A DNA stretch of 64,000 bases, from NCBI GenBank assembly GCA_963823035.1, contig CAWGKG010000018.1, positions 384,001 to 448,000 of the forward strand. Reading direction: 5' to 3'. This DNA is from an uncultured Gemmatimonadales bacterium. GTDB taxonomy: Bacteria; Gemmatimonadota; Gemmatimonadetes; Longimicrobiales; Gaopeijiaceae. Made by a program: the position numbers and the translations under genes. Each line of letters opens with the position of its first letter. Within the stretch, counting starts at the first letter, position 1. The notes beneath the pieces were generated by a model. That model worked only from the letters and a program-made list of their open reading frames with translations. It did no database searches and was not told where the DNA came from. Positions 20,413-32,547 of this stretch are shown in pieces.

Positions 20413-23301
20413 ATGCGTCGTACGATCAAGGTCCTTCTCCTCGCGTTCCTCCTCCTCTTCATCGTCCTTCCCGGCCTCGCGCTCCTCGTCTCGAAGAGCG
20501 TGCGGTACGAGGCTTCCTCCCTCCTGGCGTGCCGAACCCTGGCCAAGGGCGGCTTCCGGCCCATCGCCGAGGAACGGCAGGATCGCTTCGAGGGGAAGGT
20601 CCAGGAGTACACGGCGAAGTGCCGGGGCGGGACCCCGGCCCTGGCCTACCGAGGGACCCCGTGGGTCGACTGGTCCAACTACTGGGGGACGGGCGACGCC
20701 TCATCCCGCTCGGGCCCCACGCTGTTCGGGCACCTCTCCCGCGACGGGAGGGGTGTGGACGGGGCGCTCATCGATCTCGAGTACCAGCGCATCGAGCTGC
20801 TCAAGTTCAACCTCTTCGACAACCTCACCTTCCCCGAATACGCGCGGGGGCGCGACGGCGTCCCCGGCCGGTCGCTCAAGGTCTGGGGGGCCATGCGCCT
20901 CCCCGCGGACGACCCCAACTACCAGAGCGTGGGAGGGGACGGCGAGCAGCTGTGCACCGGTGACCTGATCCGCTACCGGCAGCTCACCGGCATCTGCAAC
21001 GACATCCGCAACCCGCGCATGGGCTCCACGGGGATGGCCTTCGCGCGCAACGTCCCCTTCGAGGAGACCTTCCCGCTCCTCGGCAGCCACCGAGCTCGTG
21101 CGCAACCGCCACGGCGGCCGTATCTCCCTCCTGAAGCCCGACCCGCAGGTGATCAGCCGCGAGCTGTTCACGCGCCAGCAGTCGGATCCGGAGCACTGCC
21201 GGGCGGGCACCGCGAGCGGGCCGGACGCCCACTGCGACTACGTGAAGGCGCCGTTCTTCAACGTGCTCGCCGCGTTCTGGATCCAGTTCATGACGCACGA
21301 CTGGTTCGCCCACCTCGACGAGGGGAAGAACGCGGCCGAGCTCATGGCCGTGGGATGCGCCGACCGCTACGACGGCGCCACCTACCGCCCGCTCACCGAG
21401 GACGAGGTGGCGGCCCTCGGCTGCCGTCCGGGCGACCGGGCCGACGAGGCGCTCATGGCGCAGACGGACCCGCCGCCCACCTTCGACGACAACGGACGTA
21501 CGCGCATGGCCCGCGCGCCGCGCACCACGAGCAACCTCAACACGGCGTGGTGGGACGCGTCGCAGCTCTACGGCTACAGCGCGCGCTCCGCGCAGCGGGT
21601 GAAACGGGACCCGAACGATCCGGCCAAGCTGCTCATGGTCCCGGAGAACACCCGCTCCGGCACGGGAGACGAACAGGGATACCTCCCGACGTTCGCGGCC
21701 GGCGACCCCATCTTGCCGTCGTGGGCCGGACAGGAGGCCACGGCGTTTCCCGACAACTGGTCGATCGGGACGAGCTTCTACCACAACCTCTTCGCGCGGG
21801 AGCACAACCTCTTCGTCGACGAATTCCGGCGCAGGGCGCTCGCCGACCCCGACGCCGACTCCGGGCTGCGCGACCCGGCCCACCCGGACCAGGTCATCCG
21901 CTACGGCGACGTGCAGCCCGACCTCCTCTTCCAGGTGGCGCGCCTGGTGGTGGCCGCGGAGATCGCGAAGATCCATACCATCGAGTGGACCACGCAGCTG
22001 CTCTACGACGAGCCGCTCTACCAGGCCATGAACGCCAACTGGCACGGCCTCGTGCGAACGGACAACAAGGTCTCGAGAGCGCTGGCGCACGTCGCGGTGG
22101 ATCGTCTGGGACGCTCCTTCAACGAGACCGACCAGACGCAGTGGTTCTCGGTGTTCGCCTCCGGCGCCGGCATCACGGGGCTCGGCAGCCACCGCTACGC
22201 CGAGGGCGACCGGGGATTCCTGGGCATCGTCAAGGGCGCCGAGGACATCTGGTCGCTCAGCAACCCCGACCACGTGCAGGGCGGGGTCGAACCACTTCGG
22301 GTCGCCGTTCAACTTCCCGGAGGAGTTCGTGACCGTGTACCGGCTCCACCCACTCGTGCCGGACCTTCTCGACTATCGGGAGTACACGGCTCCGAACCAG
22401 GTCGAGCGGGAGGTGCCGGTCGCGTCCATGGTGCGCGCCAACGCCACGCCGGCGATGCACCAGGAGGGCCTCGCCAACTGGGCTCTGACCATGGGCCGGC
22501 AACGGCTCGGCGCGCTCTCGCTGCAGAACCACCCGCTCTTCCTGCAGAACCTCCCGATGCCCCGCATCCACGGGCGCCACGGGCCAGCTCGACATCCCGG
22601 CGCTCGACGTGATCCGCGACCGCGAGCGCGGCATCCCACGCTTCAACGAGTTCCGTCGGCAGTACGGGCTCCACTCGCTCAGCGGCTTCGACGACTTCGT
22701 GGACGTGCGGCTTCCCGAGGACTCCCCCGGCCGCAAGCGACAGGAGGAGCTGGTCCTCAAGCTGCGCGAGATCTACGGCCAGCACCGCTGCGACGACTCG
22801 TTGGTGATCACGGAAGCGCAGACGCTCGACGGTCGGCCGATCACCGACTGCCTCGGTCACCCCGACGGCACGATGGTCGACAACATCGAGGACCTGGACA
22901 CCGTGGTGGGCTGGCTCGCCGGATCGACGCGCCCGCACGGCTTCGCGATCTCGGAGACGCAGTTCACCGTGTTCATCATCAACGCGTCGCGCCGGCTCTT
23001 CAGCGACCGCTTCTTCACCTCCAGCTACCGCCCCGAATTCTATTCGAACCTCGGCATCGAGTGGGTGGACAACAACGGCCCGGACGGGAAGGTCATGGAG
23101 AAGGGGCGGCCCAACGGGCACGAGGAGGAGGTGTCGCCGCTCAAGCGCGTGCTCCTGCGCACGATGCCCGAGCTGGCGGACGAGCTGTCCGGCGTCGTGA
23201 ACGTCTTCGATCCGTGGGCCCGGGACCGGGGCGACTACTACTCCCTCGAATGGAAGCCGCGCCCCGGCGCCGAGTCCGACCCGGCCTTCCGGGAGCGTTG
23301 A
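20413..23301 (+). CDS. Peroxidase-cyclooxygenase superfamily heme enzyme, alpha-dioxygenase-like, with N-terminal membrane anchor; three apparent frameshifts (~21085, ~22290, ~22580)
   Basis: Motifs across the joined frames: WIQFMTHDW (distal His), WWDASQLYG, AKIHTIEWT, EEFVTVYRLHPLVPD (Tyr plus proximal His), RDRERGIPRFNEFRR, GFAISETQF, RRLFSDRFFT. Confidence 0.85.
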
Positions 23302-24617
23302 TGTCGAAGGGCGGAGACGCCGCCCGGGCCGTTCGGGCTGCCGCGGCCCCCGCGGCCAAGGCGGGAATCGTGGACGTCGCGCGCCTCGTCTCCCGCCTCG
23401 GGACGGGGAAGCTCGGCGGCGACTCCTTCGACCCGGGACGCGCCGTGTGCGCGTGGGCACGCCGGATCATGGACCGGAAGGACGGTGCGACCGGCGTGCG
23501 CGTCGGTGTGGGAGGGCGCGGCGTCGACCTCGTCGGCGACCTCGACCGCTCGGAGACGATCCTGGGCGCGAAGCCCGGCGACGGCTATCGGGCCGGCGAC
23601 CTCAAGGTGAGCGCCATGGCCTTCCTGGCGCCCGGGGCCCTCACGGTGGCGGACGGCGCGCGCTGGCAGGCTCTGCGCACCTTCAACGAGGGCGCCCTGG
23701 GCACGGGCGGAGCCCACCCCCACGCGCAGGCGTTCCTCGAGCACGTGCGTGCCGCCTTCGCCGCGCCCGTCTCCGACCGCGCCGGCGTCGAGCGGGCGAT
23801 GGCGCGGGCGATGGCGGGCATCGTCCTCGGGGGCGACCCCACCGAGGCGGCGCGCATGGCGGACGCCGTCGGCACGCTCTTCGACGTGGTGCAGAGCCCC
23901 GTGCGGCGACTCCTCCTGGGTTGGAGGTACCGCGGCCGTCGGCAGCGGCTCTACGACGCCCTCGCCCGCCGGTGGGAGGCGACCTCCCCGGAGGACCCCA
24001 CCGTGCTGGGCGCTGCCCGCGGCCATGCTCCGGATCTGGACCTGCGCACGCTTCTCGAGCAGGTGCCGCACTGGATGTTCACCTTCACGCGCTCCGGCAC
24101 GGACCTCCTCACCCGCACGCTGGCGATGACCGCGGCCCGCCCCGACGCCAGGCGACGGATCGTCGCGGAGTGCGCGGAGGCCGGAGCGCCGGACCGCGCC
24201 GAATCGACCGGGAAGCTCGCGTTCACCCGGGCCTGCCTGCTCGAGACGGGACGGCTCTTTCCGCCGGTGACGCGCACCTTCCACCAAGCCGTCGCCGGGG
24301 GCGGACGCGAGGTGGTCCACTGGTTCCCGCTCCTGCAGCGCGACGACGCGCTCGGCGCGTCGGTGAACGCCTTCCGCCCGGAGCGGTGGCTGACCGACGC
24401 GCCGGACGCGGCGGCCTCCGCCTCGAACCTCTTCCTGCGCGGGCCACGCGCCTGTCCGGGCAGCGACCTGATCCTCTTCGTCTGCACCGCGGCCGTCGCC
24501 CGCCAGATCGGCGAGATCGGCATCACGGGCCGTGGGTCCCGCCTGTCCCGGGATCCTCTCCCCGTCTCCTTCCCCGAAGGTGAGGCGCGCTTCGCCGCGC
24601 CGGAGGCCTCCCCATGA
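23301..24617 (+). CDS. Atypical cytochrome P450
   Basis: ExxR (LETGR), PERW and heme-thiolate motif FLRGPRACPG. The start overlaps the peroxidase stop (TGATG). Confidence 0.8.
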   Translation: MSKGGDAARAVRAAAAPAAKAGIVDVARLVSRLGTGKLGGDSFDPGRAVCAWARRIMDRKDGATGVRVGVGGRGVDLVGDLDRSETILGAKPGDGYRAGDLKVSAMAFLAPGALTVADGARWQALRTFNEGALGTGGAHPHAQAFLEHVRAAFAAPVSDRAGVERAMARAMAGIVLGGDPTEAARMADAVGTLFDVVQSPVRRLLLGWRYRGRRQRLYDALARRWEATSPEDPTVLGAARGHAPDLDLRTLLEQVPHWMFTFTRSGTDLLTRTLAMTAARPDARRRIVAECAEAGAPDRAESTGKLAFTRACLLETGRLFPPVTRTFHQAVAGGGREVVHWFPLLQRDDALGASVNAFRPERWLTDAPDAAASASNLFLRGPRACPGSDLILFVCTAAVARQIGEIGITGRGSRLSRDPLPVSFPEGEARFAAPEASP

Positions 24618-25060
24618 CCGTCGACAGCCCGGCCCTCACCAGCATGGGGCGCCAGGAGCTGGACGAGCTGTTCCGCTCCAGCCCCGCCGGCACGATACCC
24701 GTCGGTCGGTCGCGGGGAACCGCGCTCCTGGCCCCGGGAAGCGTCTTCGACGGCATCGTTCGCGGGTTCATCCGCGCCCTGATCTGGAAGGGGAAGATCT
24801 TCCGCCCGGAGTCGCGCGACCTCGAGAACCGGCTCGGGCCGATCGGTACCCCGGGCATCCGCGCCCGCGTGTACCAGGACGAGAGCTGGTTCTCCTCGGG
24901 CCAGGCGATCATCCTCGACTACTCGAAGACGTCGTTCGTGGCCCGCATGATCCGCGACGAGATCCGCCAGGTGGGGCCGGGGCTGTACCTGGGGCAGATC
25001 TACCTGTGGAAGAAGCGCGTCGGGCTCTTCATGCTCGAGTTCTCGGGGGTGGGGGCATGA
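24614..25060 (+). CDS. Small hypothetical protein in the heme-enzyme operon (beta-rich)
   Basis: ATGA overlap with the P450 gene. Conserved-looking segments WKGKIF, IILDYS, IRDEIRQVGPGLYLG. Confidence 0.75.
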   Translation: MTVDSPALTSMGRQELDELFRSSPAGTIPVGRSRGTALLAPGSVFDGIVRGFIRALIWKGKIFRPESRDLENRLGPIGTPGIRARVYQDESWFSSGQAIILDYSKTSFVARMIRDEIRQVGPGLYLGQIYLWKKRVGLFMLEFSGVGA

Positions 25061-26671
25061 GAGGCAAGCTGGTCAACGGTCAGCGCATGGATCGGCGCCG
25101 TGGTCGTCGCGGCGGTCGTGGTCGGAGGGATCTACCTGGCCGTTCGGTTGAGGGACGACGAGCCCGTGCGCTACGCCGATGACGCGGAGCACTTCAAGTA
25201 CGGCTCCACGGGGGGCGAGCGGGGCTACTACAACCAGTTCGGCTTCGGCGTACCGTACTGGGTCTGGGTGGCCCTGCCCGAGCTCTTCCCCGAGTACCTC
25301 CCGGACCCCACCAGGGGCCGGGGCTATACGTCGTTCGGCATGATCTACGAGGACGGGAAGGACCCGCGCTTCGACCTGCCCATCGGCATGTCCATGCGCC
25401 GGGTCCAGGGGATCGACCGCGTCTACTTCAACTGCGCGGTCTGCCACACGGGCTCCGTGCGCGACACGCCGGGCGGGGACCGCCGCATCATCCCGGCGAT
25501 GCCGGCCAACACCTTCGACCTGGGCGCGCTGGCGGTCTTCCTCAGCCGCTCGGCGACGGACTGGAAGTTCCGCTCGAGCCGCATGTTCCCGGGCATCGAG
25601 GCGCTGGAGACGGCCCGCGACTCCCTTCCCGATCCGCCGCGGGACGTCTACCGCCCCGACCCGCTCAACCGGGTGGACCGCCTCGTCTTCCGCTACCTGG
25701 GGATCACGTTGCTGCGCGAGCAGCTTCTCACGCTCACGTCCCGGCTCTCCTTCGTGGACCAGGAGAGCTGGGGGCCGGGTCGCGTCGATACCTTCGACCC
25801 GCCCAAGGCGCTCCTCGGCTTCCCGATGGAGAAGGCACCCGCCCGGGAGAAGATGGGCAACGCCGACTTCCCCGCCGTCTGGAACCAGAAGTGGAAGGAG
25901 GGGATGCATCTCCACTGGGACGGGAACAACACCGCGGTGGACGAGCGGAACCTGAGCGCCGGCTTCGGCACGGGCGCCACGCCCACGACGATCGACAAGG
26001 AGGGCGTGCTGCGCATGGCGGCCTACCTGTGGGACGAGGTGCAGCCGCCCCCCTTCCCCGCCGACCGGATCGACAGCGCGCTGGCCGCCCAGGGCGAGCC
26101 CGTCTACCGGCGCGAGTGCTGGTCGTGTCACGGCAGCGGCAGGCCTCCCTTCCACGCCGAGGGGGACGGCAGCAGCGTCGGCAAGGTCACGCCGATCGAG
26201 TACGTCGGCACCGACAGGGCGCGCCTCGACTCGTACACACCTGCGCTGGCCGCGGCCCAGAACTCCCTCTACGCGGGCTTCCCCGCGGACGAGGACTGGT
26301 GCCGCGATCACCCAGAGGACAAGGACAAGTGCTACCCGGCGCGCTTCAGCCATTTCAGGAAGACGTTCGGCTACGCCAACATGCCCCTGGACGGCCTCTG
26401 GCTGCGCGCACCGTATCTGCACAACGGCTCCGTGCCCGATCTGCGCGCGCTCCTCGAGCCACCCGCCGCGCGTCCCACCGTGTTCTGGATCGGCTACGAC
26501 GTCTACGACTACGCGCGCGTCGGCTTCGTCACGCAGGGAGCCGAGGCCGAGCGGCTGGGCTGGCGCTACGACACCCGCCTGCGCGGCAACGGCAACGGAG
26601 GCCACGTGTGGGGCACGACGCTTCCGCCGGCCGAGAAGGCCGCGTTGCTGGAGTACCTGAAGACGTTCTGA
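25057..26671 (+). CDS. Membrane-anchored di-heme cytochrome c, RoxA/MauG-like (probable extra base near 25075)
   Basis: N-terminal TM, CAVCH, CWSCH and LDGLWLRAPYLHNGSVP. The ATG at 25057 overlaps the previous stop but is one base out of frame with the ORF body starting at 25100. Confidence 0.85.
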
Positions 26672-26726
26672 CGATGGACCCGGCCCCCTCGGGGGCCCCC
26701 CGGACCCTCTCGCGATCGGAGCCCAC

Positions 26727-28325
26727 GTGACCGCCGCCGAAACGCCGAAGAAGACCAAGTGGAAGCGACGCCTGCTGTGGCTCGTCGCGGTCCTGGTGAT
26801 CCTCGCCGTCCCCGCGGGCGCGTTCGTCTGGTACAAGTTCTTCCGCGACGTGCCGCAACCCGAGTGGATCACGAGCGACCCCGCGACGAACTTCCTCTAC
26901 GGCTCGATGGGCGGGGAGTCGCAGGGCGGCATCCCCTATTGGATCGTGGTGGTCCTCCCGCGGATCTTCGACGACTACCTCCCCGGCCCCGGTGGGTACG
27001 CCTCGCTCGGCCTGGCGTGGGAGGAGGGGCACGAGCTCCCCGCGGGCTTCTCCAAGAAGCGCATCGGCTTCGACCGGGTCGGCTTCAACTGCGCGCTCTG
27101 CCACAGCGCGCGGTACCGTGTGGACCCGGAGCATTCCCCGGTGATCGTAGCCGGCGGGGGGAGCAACACGGCCGACATCCAGGGGCTCATGGAGTTCTTC
27201 GGCAAGGCGGCGCACGACTCGCGCTTCAATCCCGAGACGATCATCACGCAGATCGACATGGCCTACCCGCTCGGGTTCGTCGATCGGCTACTCTACAAGC
27301 TCCTCTTCATCCCGATCACCAAGAAGCGGCTCGCGGAGCTCGGCGACGACTTCTCGTGGTCGGCCCGGAAGCCCGCGTGGGGCCCGGGGCGCGATCCGCC
27401 CATGAACCTCACGAAGTTCAACTTCCTCGACCTCCCGCTCGACAGCACGGTCGACAACACCGACTTCCCTTCTCTGTGGAACCTGAAGACACGGGTTCAG
27501 CAGGGGCGCACCTGGCCGGAGGACGACTTCTCGCTCACCGCGGACCTGCCGCGCATCGGCATCCCGCCCGAGCGTCTCATGCTCATGAACCTCGACGGGG
27601 CGACCACCTCGTTCCGCTCCGTGCTGATCGACTCCGCGCTGGGCATCCAGGCCGAGAATACGCCCTTCTTCCGACAGCGGATGAAGGACCTCGAGGATTG
27701 GGTGCTGAACGTGCAGGCGCCCGACTACCCGCTTCCCGTGGACTCCGCGCTCGCCGCCCGTGGAGCGCCGATCTTCGAGGAGCGCTGCGCGAGCTGCCAC
27801 GCCGCCGGGCGCGACAACCGCCTCGGCACGGTGATCCCGATCGCCGAGATCGGCACCGACCCCGAGCGCGTGCACGCCTGGACGCTCGAAGCCGCGGACA
27901 GCGCCAACCGGACCGTGCTCAACATGTTCGACATCCGGCGCACGCCGATGGCGAAGCCCGCGCCGGGCTACATCGCGATCCAGCTCGACGGCATCTGGCT
28001 GCGCGGACCCTACCTGCACAACGGATCGGTGCCGACCCTGCGTGCGCTCCTGGACCCGCCCGCCGACCGACCCGCGACGTTCTACCGGGGCTACGACGTA
28101 TTGGACCGGGTGAACGGGGGCTTCATCAGCCGCCGCTGCGCCGGGGACGAAGCGGAGCTGCCCGACGCGGACGGCGAAGGTCCGGAGTGGGGGTGCATGC
28201 CCGCGGACGAGGGGTGGTGGTACGACACGCGCGAGCGCGGCAACGGGAACGGCGGACATCTCTTCGGAGTCGACCTCGCCCCCGCCGACAAGCGCGCGCT
28301 GGTCGAGTACCTGAAGACGCGCTGA
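26727..28325 (+). CDS. Second membrane-anchored di-heme cytochrome c, RoxA/MauG-like (paralog of the preceding gene)
   Basis: N-terminal TM, CALCH, CASCH, LDGIWLRGPYLHNGSVP. Shares FxYGS, WGPGR, GNGNGGH and EYLKT with the previous ORF. Confidence 0.88.
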   Translation: MTAAETPKKTKWKRRLLWLVAVLVILAVPAGAFVWYKFFRDVPQPEWITSDPATNFLYGSMGGESQGGIPYWIVVVLPRIFDDYLPGPGGYASLGLAWEEGHELPAGFSKKRIGFDRVGFNCALCHSARYRVDPEHSPVIVAGGGSNTADIQGLMEFFGKAAHDSRFNPETIITQIDMAYPLGFVDRLLYKLLFIPITKKRLAELGDDFSWSARKPAWGPGRDPPMNLTKFNFLDLPLDSTVDNTDFPSLWNLKTRVQQGRTWPEDDFSLTADLPRIGIPPERLMLMNLDGATTSFRSVLIDSALGIQAENTPFFRQRMKDLEDWVLNVQAPDYPLPVDSALAARGAPIFEERCASCHAAGRDNRLGTVIPIAEIGTDPERVHAWTLEAADSANRTVLNMFDIRRTPMAKPAPGYIAIQLDGIWLRGPYLHNGSVPTLRALLDPPADRPATFYRGYDVLDRVNGGFISRRCAGDEAELPDADGEGPEWGCMPADEGWWYDTRERGNGNGGHLFGVDLAPADKRALVEYLKTR

Positions 28326-28326
28326 C

Positions 28327-28367
28327 GGGCGACGGGCGGCAGGGGTCCGCCGGGCCGCCGGTCGCCC
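28327..28367. terminator. GC hairpin between convergent genes (possible bidirectional terminator)
   Basis: GGGCGACGGGCGGC (28327-28340) pairs with GCCGCCGGTCGCCC (28354-28367) with one mismatch. No U-tract. Confidence 0.35.
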
Positions 28368-28381
28368 ACCCCCGTCGCGCC

Positions 28382-30334
<1,953 letters not shown>

Positions 30335-30499
30335 CGTAGCGTCCTCCTGGGACGGGGGTCGGCTGTGCGTAGGGTGTACGGGGAGGCGGCGCGGCACGAG
30401 AGCCTCCCGGGGTGCAATCTGCACGAATGATCCGGCCGGGCAAGCACGGGCCCGCGCGCCCGTCCCTCCCTCCTTGTGGAGCAAAAGCCTGGTGTTACC

Positions 30500-30522
30500 T
30501 TATCCATAATCATTCTTGATAA
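30500..30522. promoter_or_regulatory. AT-rich imperfect palindrome TTATCCATAAT-C-ATTCTTGATAA, Fur/PerR-box-like
   Basis: 9 of 11 positions pair. Lies between the divergent acs and P-type ATPase genes and resembles the PerR box TTATAATnATTATAA. Confidence 0.5.
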
Positions 30523-32510
30523 AGAATCGAACGGAGGGTTACGCGGTGCCCCAGAACGGGCCCGAGCACGACCACTGGAAGGTCGGAGCGGCTTCGACGC
30601 TGGCTTGTGCGCTGGCCACGGCGGGGGGGTGGGGTCTCAGCCACCTCGGTCACGCCGGCTTGGGTCAGGCACTCCTCGTGGTGGCCTACGCGGCCGGCGG
30701 GTGGGACGCCTTGCGTCGCACCGCGGGAGCGCTGCGCCGCGGTGAGATGGACGTCGACCTCCTCATGCTGCTCGCCGCCGCCGGCGCGGCCATCGTCGGG
30801 CACTGGGTGGAGGGCGCCATCCTGCTCTTCCTCTTCTCCACCGGCAACACGCTCGAGACGTTCGCCTTCGGCCACACGCGGCGCTCGATCCGCGCCCTCA
30901 TGGAGCTACGCCCCGACGACGCTTCCGTGGTCCAGGACGGCGCCGAGCGACGCGTGCCCGTCGCGGAGCTCGTACCCGGGCAGGTCGTGCGCGTCCGTCC
31001 AGGGGATCGGATTCCCATCGACGGACTTGTGATCGCCGGCTCATCCCGCGTGGACGAGTCCACGCTGACCGGTGAGCCGCTCCCGATGGCGAAGCGGGAG
31101 GGTGCGGAGGTCTTCGCGGGGACGCTGAACGGATCGGGTTCCCTCGACATTCGCGTCTCGCGACCCGCGAACGACAGCGCCCTGGCGCGGGTCATCCGCC
31201 TGGTGGAGGAGGCGAGCGAGGCCAAGGCACCGACCCAGAGTTGGATCGAGGCCGTGGAGAGTCGCTATGCCCTCGGCGTCATCGTAGCCTCCACGATCGC
31301 GGTGCTGTTGCCGTGGCTGGTGTTCGGATGGGCCTTCCACGACGCCTTCTACCGGGCGATGACGCTCCTGGTGGTCGCCTCGCCCTGCGCCCTGGTCATC
31401 TCGATCCCCGCTACGATCGTCTCCGCGGTCGCCAACGGGGCGCGCAAGGGCGTGCTCTTCAAAGGGGGTGCGCATCTCGACGCCCTCGCTTCGGTGCGCG
31501 TCGCAGCCCTCGACAAGACCGGTACGATCACGCTCGGACGGCCCGAGCTCGTGGGTGTGAAGGCCCTGGAGGAGGCCCTGAGGCCGGCGCGAGCCGCCAT
31601 GGTCGGCGCAGACGGTGAGGGAAGCGCGCCCGCGGCCGAAGGCGTCGAGGACGACCTCGTGCGCCTCACGGCCACCGTCGAGGCGCTCTCGGAGCATCCG
31701 CTCGGCGACGCGATCGTGGAGGCCGCGCGCAGTCGGGGCCTCGCGTTCGCCGAGCTGGAGGGTTTCTGGTCCGAGCCCGGCAAGGGGGTGGAAGGCACCG
31801 TCGAAGGCGCCCGTGTGCGCGTCGGCCGACGCAGCTGGGTGGAGGAGGGCGTGGGCGCGCCCCTTCCTCGGGAGCTGGCCTCCTGGGTCGTGGAGGAGGC
31901 GCGCATGGCGGCCACGCCGGTCTTCGTGGCCGTGGACGGGCGACACGCCGGCGCCCTCGCGATCGCCGATCGCCCGCGCCCGCGGGTGCGGGAAGCTCTG
32001 GACGCGCTCCGGCGCGCGGGCGTGCCGAAGCTGGTGATGCTCACCGGCGACGACGAGGCGACGGCCCGGGCCATCGCCGACGAGGTGGGCGTGGACGACG
32101 TGTACGCGGAGCTGCTCCCCGACGACAAGAGCCGGGTGCTGGAGGAGTTGCGGCGACGTCACGGCCCGGTCGCCATGGTGGGAGACGGCGTCAACGACGC
32201 GCCCGCGCTCGCAGCCGCCGACGTGGGCATCGCCCTGGGCGCCGCGGGCACGGACGTGGCCCTGGAGACGGCGGACGTGGTCGTCATGGGGGAGGACCTC
32301 GACGGCCTCGCGCACGCCGTCGACCTGTCGAGGCGCGCCCGCACCATCGTGCGTCAGAACCTCGCGTTCGCGGTCTCGGTGATGGTGGTGCTGGTCATCC
32401 TCGCGCTGGGCGGTTGGATCGGGCTGACCGCCGGGGTGGTCGGGCACGAGGGCAGCACCGTCGTGGTGGTGTTCAACGGCCTCCGGCTCCTGCGGGCCCG
32501 TGCGGTCTGA
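30516..32510 (+). CDS. Heavy-metal P-type ATPase, P1B-4 subclass (Co/Zn/Fe(II) exporter); true start may be GTG 30546
   Basis: TGEP, SPC in TM, DKTGT, SEHP, GDGVNDAPAL and HEGST. No N-terminal CxxC metal-binding domain. Confidence 0.92.
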   Translation: MIKNRTEGYAVPQNGPEHDHWKVGAASTLACALATAGGWGLSHLGHAGLGQALLVVAYAAGGWDALRRTAGALRRGEMDVDLLMLLAAAGAAIVGHWVEGAILLFLFSTGNTLETFAFGHTRRSIRALMELRPDDASVVQDGAERRVPVAELVPGQVVRVRPGDRIPIDGLVIAGSSRVDESTLTGEPLPMAKREGAEVFAGTLNGSGSLDIRVSRPANDSALARVIRLVEEASEAKAPTQSWIEAVESRYALGVIVASTIAVLLPWLVFGWAFHDAFYRAMTLLVVASPCALVISIPATIVSAVANGARKGVLFKGGAHLDALASVRVAALDKTGTITLGRPELVGVKALEEALRPARAAMVGADGEGSAPAAEGVEDDLVRLTATVEALSEHPLGDAIVEAARSRGLAFAELEGFWSEPGKGVEGTVEGARVRVGRRSWVEEGVGAPLPRELASWVVEEARMAATPVFVAVDGRHAGALAIADRPRPRVREALDALRRAGVPKLVMLTGDDEATARAIADEVGVDDVYAELLPDDKSRVLEELRRRHGPVAMVGDGVNDAPALAAADVGIALGAAGTDVALETADVVVMGEDLDGLAHAVDLSRRARTIVRQNLAFAVSVMVVLVILALGGWIGLTAGVVGHEGSTVVVVFNGLRLLRARAV

Positions 32511-32547
32511 CGTGGGTGCGGTGTCGTGGGCCCTGATGGAACCGGGG

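Noticed and set aside
20413..23301. Calling the peroxidase, or ftsE and etfA, pseudogenes or programmed frameshift sites
   Set aside because: Indels are spread across the window, including genes expected to be important. Catalytic motifs are intact and I saw no consistent slippery sequence, so sequencing error is more parsimonious.
22329..24617. Apparent natural peroxidase-P450 fusion resembling fungal linoleate diol synthase
   Set aside because: The joining segment is out-of-frame sequence. The peroxidase C-terminus is in the 22609-23301 frame with its own stop, and the P450 starts at the overlapping ATG 23301, so these are two genes.
16918..28325. Mobile element or prophage origin for the accessory block
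   Set aside because: No integrase, transposase, tRNA or flanking direct repeat was recognised, and composition looks similar to the flanks by eye.
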